DNA of 63,999 nucleotides, the filler included, from Stramenopiles sp. TOSAG23-2 (lineage: Eukaryota): NCBI GenBank assembly GCA_900128395.1. It is 6 parts of 6 records of this genome, joined end to end, with 100 filler letters (N's around TTAATTAATTAA, not from the genome) between each part and the next. Parts side by side here need not be neighbours in the genome. Positions count along the whole stretch, not along the records: positions 43,154 to 53,804 come from LT650001.1; positions 53,905 to 63,999 come from LT650046.1; 4 more parts are not named here. The stretch is one strand, 5' to 3'. The position numbers and the translations under genes are program-made. Position 1 is the stretch's first letter; each line of letters begins with the position of its first letter. The notes below the pieces were generated by a model that ran no database searches, was not told the DNA's origin, and saw only the letters and a list, made by a program, of their open reading frames with translations. This document shows, piece after piece, positions 47,744-56,390 of the stretch.

Positions 47744-48488
47744 AATGATTTGTGTGTTGATGTTGGATGAGATATATTTAACTTGATGGGAAAATCAATA
47801 TTATATATATATATATTATATATTAGTATAATTACGCAATATAATGATATACTGATGTTGATAATTATATAATCTACAACTATATGTATATGATACAACT
47901 GATATATAAACAGAAATGAATTCACTGTTTTAAATATAATTTTCACGATAAATAAAACCGAACGTATTTATATATTATATACACGAATGATACAGTACAA
48001 CAATATCTCTCTCTCTCTTCCACTCTTCTATTTGTGTCATACATATATGTATGACGACTCTTTCCAATTGAATGGACTATTTCCAAATTGTCCCCTGCAC
48101 AATAAAATGGCAAATTAAAAAAAATAAAATTATGATTGTGTAAGACCTTGTTGTAATGATAAACACTTTTATATTATGCAATTATTACGGGAGAGTTATG
48201 GTTACGTTTATATATATAAATGACAGAATATTATTCCCCTATACCTGGCATAATTTTGCGAAGTGGCGTCCCTCACTTTCAATCAAATTTTGTCTATTTC
48301 ACTTGATATTTAATAAATATTTCCGATTATTAGTGAACTATTTTAATGCCTTTAGAATCATTTTAATATAGAAACAAACACAAAATATTACCTAACGTTT
48401 TCCTAATATAGAATCAAGATTTCAGCGATTAAAAAGGAGCGATTCTTCAGTGTGAGAGGTGACAAGTGACAAAATGGAAATACCATTT

Positions 48489-48633
48489 GGTAGTCTAAAT
48501 TCCACCTTCAAGTATAAATGATGTGTCATTTGATAGAATGATATATTGTTTTGGTATTCTAAATTCCACCTTCAAGTATACATTATGTGTCATTTGATAG
48601 CATGCGATATAGTTTCGGTAGTCTAAATTCCAC
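48489..48633. repeat. Tandem ~64-bp repeat, ~2.3 copies; relatives at 63621-63782
   Basis: GGTA[GT]TCTAAATTCCACCTTCAAGTATA..TGTGTCATTTGATAG recurs. Confidence 0.9.
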
Positions 48634-48649
48634 GTAGGATCCTATGTGG

Positions 48650-48895
48650 GTTCAAAAACTTGGTCCACAGTATTCACCTGCTACCTGCTACCTGCTATCA
48701 TCTGCTATAGTGCTATAGTGGTATACTACATAGCATGGTAATGGTATTACTATATTAACGATTTATTTGGTCCACTTCGTACTTATTCTATACTAAATAT
48801 TATAATATATTCTATCAAACATTTACAATGATATGTCTATCTTATTTGCTTATTGTATATATAGCAGGTGAATACTGCGGACCAGGTTTTTGAAC
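48650..48895. mobile_element. MITE-like element with 34-bp terminal inverted repeats
   Basis: 48650-48683 versus 48862-48895, two mismatches; a second, partial family member at 53290-53452. Confidence 0.7.
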
Positions 48896-49187
48896 GATAA
48901 TATAACAAAAGTCATGTTTTTTAATAAATAAAACCATTAAAAATGCACATATTTACATGACATTGATGCATGTAATGCACATGTCAATTACCATCAAACA
49001 TATGTGTACAAAGTAAATCAGATCGTGCAGTGTCGATTGTATCTATTTGGATGCTATATCATCGGATGCTATATCATCGAGAGAGAAAGTGTTACAATTG
49101 TTGAATCATTAGTAGTAGTAGTAGTATCGTTGTATTATTATTATATGTAATATATATATATATATTGTAATATTATATAGTATAACT

Positions 49188-49925
49188 ATGGGTGCGGAAG
49201 AATCAAAACCAAATGATAATAATTTATTTATATGTTTTGATGGAAAAAATCAACCACAAAATAATACAAATAATCATAGATCATCGAGTGTATATAGAAA
49301 CAAACGTTTTCATGGAATGAAAGATACGTTAAACAATCCAAATAATAAATCACCAATATTATGTTTCAACAATCCAACAAGTAATAATAGACGAAGGAGT
49401 ACATTGACACCAAATCAACGACGGAAAAAATTAGAACAAATAGAATTAGAAAATAAAAATAAAATGTTTAATTGTTGTGGTGGTAGCAATAGACAATTAT
49501 TACATATGAATAATAATGCTGGTAAAAAAATACAACATATCAAAGATCCAAGTATTAAATTGACACGAACATATCAAAATGCAGTATGTACACCCATAAT
49601 ACCTCTAACAATTATAACAAGACTATATCTCATAATATATATTATATATATATATACTAACTTTATTCTTTGATTTCATATATATATACATATATATATA
49701 CTCTTATATATATACATGTCGAATGAACAACAATATTATAAGATTGATGATATTTTAGATATGCGTAATGAAGCATATATGAAACCACGTGCAAGTGTCT
49801 CATGTAATTGTCGTGGTTTATGTACCTGTCAATTAAAGAAAGCAAGAGCACGTAGTGATACTGCAAGTGAAGTCATTACTTCCTTTGAATCTAAATATGG
49901 CGTAATCGATGCATCAAATGTGTGA
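49188..49925 (+). CDS. Small putatively N-myristoylated protein, two exons (49188-49583, 49743-49925)
   Basis: MGAEES start; GTATGT donor at 49584, TACTAAC branch point at ~49655, first downstream AG at 49741-49742 gives in-frame YQNA/IDDILD junction. Confidence 0.6.
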
Positions 49926-49949
49926 AAGAATGGCCAATCAAAACTATAC

Positions 49950-50211
49950 GAGAAAATTAATTACAAAAGATGTAATTCTCCAACCATCGTATATATGTCA
50001 TATCAAAAGGTCAATCGATGAAAGTGTCGGAAAATGGGATATTATACCCGAAGAGATTGAATCTGGTAAATATGTCGTCGATTTGGATTATTACAGAGAA
50101 AACCAATTGATACCACCGTTAAAACGTATCGTAGAGAAGATATGCAAGGATCCTAGATCGTTATTTATGTTCCCATGTGTAGGGTGTGCAAACCTACCAT
50201 ACGTGTGGTGA
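49950..50211 (+). pseudogene. Isolated fragment resembling the C-terminal thumb of a family B DNA polymerase
   Basis: PEEI..VDLDYYRENQLIPPLKRI resembles the DxxYYxxxQxxPPxxR motif of Pol alpha/delta/zeta; no catalytic motifs nearby. Confidence 0.55.
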
Positions 50212-50754
50212 GTGCCAGAGTGGTGAGATTGTGAGATTTAGGAAAAAATAAATCACGGATAGGTTCGTAACAAAAATCCAATTTTAGGAAAATCGGGAGG
50301 TGGGATTTTTCCAACTTCACGCCGAATCTTCGCTTGCGCTTGCCAAGGGGAGACGAGACGATTTTATGAGTGTAGGGATCGAGTAGTATTTACCTATCTG
50401 GCTATCATAGTATAGCCTTTAGAATATCAGAATATCTGATTTTTTGTAATTTCCAGTATCTCTCTATCAAATATGCATAAATTAGTATACTAAATTAGTA
50501 CTTAAATTAAACCCAGTTTTGAATGCACTATCGATCACTTATTATCACTTTAGTATTACAAAGGTAAAGGTACTTGGTAAAGTGAAAGTGGTAAAGGGTA
50601 TAGTATATATTATACCGAGTGCCGAGTGTATATAAATATATAATTTAAATTTTGTTAATTGGGTGATATACTAAACAGATATAGACCCTCATGTATATAT
50701 CATAATCGATAGAGAGAGAGAAACCAAATCATTATTTATTATTACTATAACAGT

Positions 50755-53106
50755 ATGCCAATTCGATTTCAGTTTATATTGCTAATAGCAGCATTGTTAT
50801 TATTTAGCAATGAAGCAACGGTGAACAAAATACTAGTCAGTTCAAAAAAAACAATGCCATTTGCGTATCCATCAGGTGATGGTGATACACAGTGGGAGGG
50901 GTTTTCTATGGAAGTTTTTCGATATTGTATTGCAAACAATTTTGTAACTGATGGAACGACCACTTACAGCGAATACGAAGTTGTTACTCCAGCCGGTCAG
51001 ATTACTGGCAACAATGCTGGTTTCGAACATTTAAATAATAACAATTCAAGAATTTATATTGCAGCACCAACAATGACATACGCTCGTGAGCAAATCATAG
51101 ACTTTACTTTGCCATTCTTTAAGACTGGATTGGGTGTTGCAATCACTGTTGACGATAGCCAAGAAAAGAGAACGGAAGCGTTTATTAATACCTTGTTCAA
51201 CCCAGAAACGCTACAGTTCTTATTTGGTTTGCTATCCATATTATGGGCTTGCAGTTGCCTTGTATGGAGTTTGGAAATGGTTGGTAACGAAGAAGTAAGG
51301 TTGAAAAGCAAAAAATTTTTTAACTCGGATCCAAAATTTGGGATGGTAGAAGCGTTGACATGGAGCTTCTTCACATTGATAACACCCAGATCATATAAAC
51401 CACCCAACCATCCTGTTAGCAAAAAAATTGGTTCAACTTTGTCGCTTTTGACGGTAGTGTTTGCTGCGACTATTACTTCTTTAATTACAAATGCGATGCT
51501 TGCTCAACCGAATGTTCAAATCAATAAAGTAGAAGATATTGGTAACCCGGCAATCATACCTTTGCAAGGAAGAATAAAAGGAACCAGCACCGCATCTTAC
51601 TTGTTATCTAAAGGAATGAATAATTTCAAGGAATATGAGACGTTTGATAAGGCAATAGCTGGGTTGAAAGCAGGAGATATACATGCACTTGTTTATGACA
51701 AACCGATGTTACAATATGAAGAAAAACTACAAGCTACTGCTGTAAATGCTAATGAAGAAAAAATTAGTGACACTAATAAATTGATGAAGACATTACCATT
51801 ACAATTTGATCCACAAGAGTATGGTTTTGTATTGAAAGAACATTCAAGCATTGTACTAAAAGAAAAATTAGGAGAGTGTGTCTTAATGTACGCACGTGAC
51901 CCTCAATACGAGATTACATTGAATAAATATTTCAGTGCAGGAAGTGCAGTAACCAATGGGCAGCAAACGGAGAGCCTGGGTGGCACCATCGTTTATATTT
52001 GTCTATGGATCTTTCCATCAATAGGAGCATATTTTGTTGTGAACAAAAACCGAAAAGCGGCCGATGAGAAAGATCACGAACAAGAAATTGCAAAAGTCAA
52101 GATGAAGCGCTTAGGTTTGGTCAATAAAAATGACATATTTGAATTGCTGTGTTCAATCATGGAAGGACAAGCTGATATAATGGATTTGGTGTATCGGACT
52201 GCTACGAAAGATGAAACATATGATGGTAAATCCATAACAATGAAAGAAATACATGAAAGGCAACAACGGCTATTTAAAACAAAACAAAAGGTTTTAAACT
52301 TAAGGCAAGGTGATGTAAACCATCAAGATGAAGTTGTGAAACATGTAAAAGGTTTAACATCAAAATTGAAATCTGCTATAATAACAAAAGCTTCAATTGT
52401 TAAAATTGCATGGAAGAATGTTAAAGGTAAATTAACATATGAAAATGAGCATGAACGAGAGCAATTGGAAGGGTTTTTAGACAACGCTCTAGACCATCGC
52501 ATTATTCATAATATGAACAACAGCGCAGATGAAGCAATGAAAATCGCACATGGAATTTGGGATAGTGTCAAAGTATCTATTCCACCAGATGAAGAATATG
52601 AAAAAGTTGCAAATGGTTCGAAGAAGAAGAAAAAAGGTAATGAGGAAAAAATACAAGTTGGGTCTTCTGATGGAAACTCGAAAAAGATTAAATTACCTCA
52701 TGCGAATATGAACGTAAGCCCAAAGCCAGTAAATAAACAAGATAAAAGTTGGAACGATAAATTTGATGTGAAAGTATCTGGCCACTGGCTTACGGTGACA
52801 AGAAAAGATTCTACAAGTGGTTGGGGACAACAGCTAGTGCTTTCCGCAACACGTAATATGGAGGATAATATAAATAAAATATTCACTGAAAAAACATCTT
52901 CTAGCATTGATGCAATTGATCATTTCTTTGAATTATTGGGAGATTCCCACAAAAAAGTGAACTATAGATGGAAAGCTGTATTTTCCCATATGCAAGAGCA
53001 TTCAGTCGGAGATGGTCATGATGGGGACGAGAGCAGTGATGATGGCAATGGAACTGAATCGAATGGAACTGAATTGAAGGCAATAAATATTGTTCCAATG
53101 CAATAA
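50755..53106 (+). CDS. Ionotropic glutamate receptor-like ligand-gated channel (S1-M1-P-M3-S2-M4, no ATD)
   Basis: Signal peptide; PFAY..WEGFSMEV, TMTYAREQIIDFTLPFFKTGLGVAI, LVWSLE, EALTWSFFTL, GTSTASYL, ALVYDKPMLQY, QEYGFVL, LNKYF. Confidence 0.88.
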   Translation: MPIRFQFILLIAALLLFSNEATVNKILVSSKKTMPFAYPSGDGDTQWEGFSMEVFRYCIANNFVTDGTTTYSEYEVVTPAGQITGNNAGFEHLNNNNSRIYIAAPTMTYAREQIIDFTLPFFKTGLGVAITVDDSQEKRTEAFINTLFNPETLQFLFGLLSILWACSCLVWSLEMVGNEEVRLKSKKFFNSDPKFGMVEALTWSFFTLITPRSYKPPNHPVSKKIGSTLSLLTVVFAATITSLITNAMLAQPNVQINKVEDIGNPAIIPLQGRIKGTSTASYLLSKGMNNFKEYETFDKAIAGLKAGDIHALVYDKPMLQYEEKLQATAVNANEEKISDTNKLMKTLPLQFDPQEYGFVLKEHSSIVLKEKLGECVLMYARDPQYEITLNKYFSAGSAVTNGQQTESLGGTIVYICLWIFPSIGAYFVVNKNRKAADEKDHEQEIAKVKMKRLGLVNKNDIFELLCSIMEGQADIMDLVYRTATKDETYDGKSITMKEIHERQQRLFKTKQKVLNLRQGDVNHQDEVVKHVKGLTSKLKSAIITKASIVKIAWKNVKGKLTYENEHEREQLEGFLDNALDHRIIHNMNNSADEAMKIAHGIWDSVKVSIPPDEEYEKVANGSKKKKKGNEEKIQVGSSDGNSKKIKLPHANMNVSPKPVNKQDKSWNDKFDVKVSGHWLTVTRKDSTSGWGQQLVLSATRNMEDNINKIFTEKTSSSIDAIDHFFELLGDSHKKVNYRWKAVFSHMQEHSVGDGHDGDESSDDGNGTESNGTELKAINIVPMQ

Positions 53107-53289
53107 ATATTTAAATCAGCAAGTAGAGGGTAAGGGTGGAAGTTTTTTTATAGAACCAATCAGGGTGGCTTCGGCAGATCAATTTTAAGTAATTAAAAAT
53201 CTGTATCCTCATTGCCATTTTAAAAAAAGAAATTTTATTATAAAAAATATCGCACACAAAAGAGCGAGTTTAATTTCAGCCGTATACCT

Positions 53290-53530
53290 CTATGTGGTTC
53301 AAAAAGGTGGTCCATCGTCCATCGTCCATCGTATTCACCTCATAGCACGGTAATGGTATTAGTATTACTATTCTATTTATTTGGTCCACTTCGTACTTAT
53401 GATATACTAAATATTATAATATACCTATACAATATAAACAATGGTATGTCTATATTCTAAAATATACAATGGTCAATGGTACATGGTCAATGGTCAATGG
53501 TCAATGGTCAATGGTCAATGGTACATGGTA
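53290..53530. repeat. Partial copy of the 48650-48895 element ending in a (CAATGGT)n heptamer array
   Basis: Shared GGTTCAAAAA..TGGTCCA..TATTCACCT and TTTATTTGGTCCACTTCGTACTTAT..TATACTAAATATTATAATATA. Confidence 0.85.
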
Positions 53531-53804
53531 TTAATACATCTGGTACATGTCTAATGTCTATCTCCTGTCTTGTATGCTGTATTGTTATTTACAATCGGCG
53601 ATAGGTAAACTAAATATACCTTACTGACTACTCAAGCTTACTTCCTTAATTTAATTTAATTTACTCTCTAATACAACGTTGTGTTTGTTGGCATATGAAT
53701 GATGATTTATGGCCCAGCTCATGGAGCTGAATATGCTGCCTTCCAAAAGAAAAAATTTTAACTAACTATGCAGACCTATATCTATTAATGTCTAATAAAT
53801 ATGA

Positions 53805-53904
53805 NNNNNNNNNNNNNNNNNNNNNNNNNNNNNNNNNNNNNNNNNNNNTTAATTAATTAANNNNNNNNNNNNNNNNNNNNNNNNNNNNNNNNNNNNNNNN
53901 NNNN
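53805..53904. other. Artificial contig linker
   Basis: N44-TTAATTAATTAA-N44. Confidence 0.99.
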
Positions 53905-54047
53905 TATTCTTTTAGTATAAATTAACCCTATTTATCCAAATATCGTTAAATTTTTATTTTTTTTTTCTAACGATTGTTTTCGTCAATATTACTACAGAAT
54001 TTCCTATAATAATCCCCTTGTATTTTTAATAATTGTCGAATTTTGTT

Positions 54048-54344
54048 CGTGCCGAAATTGATTTCGGCACGTCCGAAAAAAATACACTCATACACTCCGT
54101 TCAAAGCGGACATTTAACATACAAAATGATATTAACAAAGTCCACTTTGTTAATGGAATCGAATAGAGCAAATTCTACAGAAAATCCCAGAGGAAAAAAA
54201 ATAAATACAAAATGTTTTACGAACGAGTACATTCATGGCACGCAAAATTATTTTTTGTGCCGAAATCAATTTCGGTCAAAATACATAAAAAATAAAACTA
54301 ATTATAATTAAAATTTTGTGGCACACGATTTTTTTCGTGTGCCA
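54048..54344. repeat. Cluster of three GC-richer palindromic hairpins
   Basis: CGTGCCGAAAT-TG-ATTTCGGCACG (54048-54071), CCGAAAT-CA-ATTTCGG (54260-54275), TGGCACACGA-T6-TCGTGTGCCA (54319-54344). Confidence 0.85.
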
Positions 54345-54575
54345 TGCAGATTGTCCTATATGTTATACATTGCTTTATACTCGACACTACTAGGGCATAG
54401 TTACCTGCTAAAAGTGATATCCCCACTATGAGATGCATATGCATATCATACGAAAACGTATTTTTACTACGAATATATTGTGTACTTTATGAATATATGG
54501 ATTTTAATAATATACATACCACACACACACACACATACAATTAGTTTTTTCTTCTTCTACGAACCCGCCTCGTAT

Positions 54576-55691
54576 TTATTTACCAAAAACGCACGTTTTA
54601 GATCTTGTATCAAGGCAACTACACATTCCAGGTCGACTCCATCCCATCTTTTCCATCCGTAATCTTTGTGAATGTGCTTTAAAATTAACGGCGCGAGTTG
54701 CCCATTGTTGTTTAATCATTTCAGGCAATGGAATTGATACATAACTCATTTTTGGCCCAGGTAATTTTACTGTAGGGCTATTCATATCTAAGTCGTTCAA
54801 CCATACGCATCCATGTTCCAAGCCATCCACTTTACAAGAATCTTCTCGGCGTAATTTACCACATTCAAAATGAACATTCACATGAAATTTTGATGCGTCT
54901 TTAACTTTGATATGCCCATGTTTATACAAAATACATTGAACTCTTAAATCTTTACGTATTTTATCATAAAGTTCTTTGTCCCATTCAGCATATACATTCT
55001 TTTCCGATTCCAATTCTAATTTGCAATGTTTTGGCACTGTTTCTTTGCCTTTTGAATCTATCAAAGCGCTTCTTTGTTTTACTGCATGTCGTGGCGAATT
55101 TATACAAAATATATATTTAACAATAGATTTCATTTGTAAAATTTTTGGTTGATGTTTCCTTAGAAATGTAATAGCAGTATTGATCTTATGTTCTTTGGAT
55201 ATTGGACACTTTGTTGCTATTTTTTTTTGTGTCGAAGACGTATGAGTTGAAGCTTTTTTAGCCGTCTTTCCTATTGTTGTTGTTATTGTTCTCGGATAAC
55301 TTTTCAAAGCACATTTTACTTGTGGGTGTAATAACATTTGTTTATAAGTTTGTCTCTCCATATCATAATATTTATCAGTTTTTTTTAACACACATGCTTT
55401 TGGTTGTGGATTGTGACTTGCTTCCAAGAAAGTTTTATGTTTCGCTCTTTTTTGTGGCGATAATAAGCAAAACATATGATCCAGGAAGAGTTGTTTCTTC
55501 AAACAGATCCTGTTAAAACTACTTAAATATGACAATGCGTTCCCGACATTATCTTCTTTACCTTTACAACGTTTCTTTATATTACTACATAAATTTTTTT
55601 CTTGATATTTAACATTACTTGCATTAACAGTTGAAAAATATAATGCAATTATGTACGAAATTGTTATTATCAATGTGATTTTATGATTCAT
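54576..55691 (-). CDS. Secreted basic Cys-rich protein with two internal ~85-aa repeats
   Basis: Signal peptide (..STVNA-S); two units with conserved FC..SP, P..C.L, Y, V.C.L. Confidence 0.8.
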   Translation of the reverse strand: MNHKITLIITISYIIALYFSTVNASNVKYQEKNLCSNIKKRCKGKEDNVGNALSYLSSFNRICLKKQLFLDHMFCLLSPQKRAKHKTFLEASHNPQPKACVLKKTDKYYDMERQTYKQMLLHPQVKCALKSYPRTITTTIGKTAKKASTHTSSTQKKIATKCPISKEHKINTAITFLRKHQPKILQMKSIVKYIFCINSPRHAVKQRSALIDSKGKETVPKHCKLELESEKNVYAEWDKELYDKIRKDLRVQCILYKHGHIKVKDASKFHVNVHFECGKLRREDSCKVDGLEHGCVWLNDLDMNSPTVKLPGPKMSYVSIPLPEMIKQQWATRAVNFKAHSQRLRMEKMGWSRPGMCSCLDTRSKTCVFGK

Positions 55692-56390
55692 CTTTCCTTT
55701 TTTGTATTGACGATTGATATTGTTTTAATATACGACGACAATATAAAATGTGAATGTGAATGTGAATGTATATGTATTCCACGTGTTTGTTCTTATTCCC
55801 TATGATGTTATTTGTGTATTTCTTTCAACATGTATTGCACATCTCCCCTCACTTTTTTGATGATTTAGAATTGTGTCATTTTTAAGTTCATCTGCGTCAC
55901 TTCATTTGATTTAGGAGGATCATAGCATTGAGTTCAGAGATCCTGTGTCTGGTATGACATCGGTAAAATCATGTGTGTAAATAGTATAACTATACCGTAT
56001 ACTTAATCGAAGTGTCTGTACCACCACCGGAGTCAAAAAGTGTTTGTTTTTACCACCTTTATTTTTGCTCTTATTTGTTCAAATAATCCAACGAATCTAG
56101 TCGTATTTACATGCTAATCTCTGCGAATGAAGAAGTTGGATAAGTTGGATAGATCAAAAACCCACATAGAAATAAATAAACATAGATAGATATATAAAAT
56201 GAATATTGCAACAATATCAATTGCACATAAAGTGTAACTATCTAAAACTAATACTAAGATAAAGATTGTTAGTAACCATTATTGCTAAAGATCCTGTACA
56301 CCATCCATATTTATACAGGAATACTAATATATTTTTGTTCTTACATTTTTTTTACCAATTGAACCCACTGTATTAAAAATCCAGTATTAA

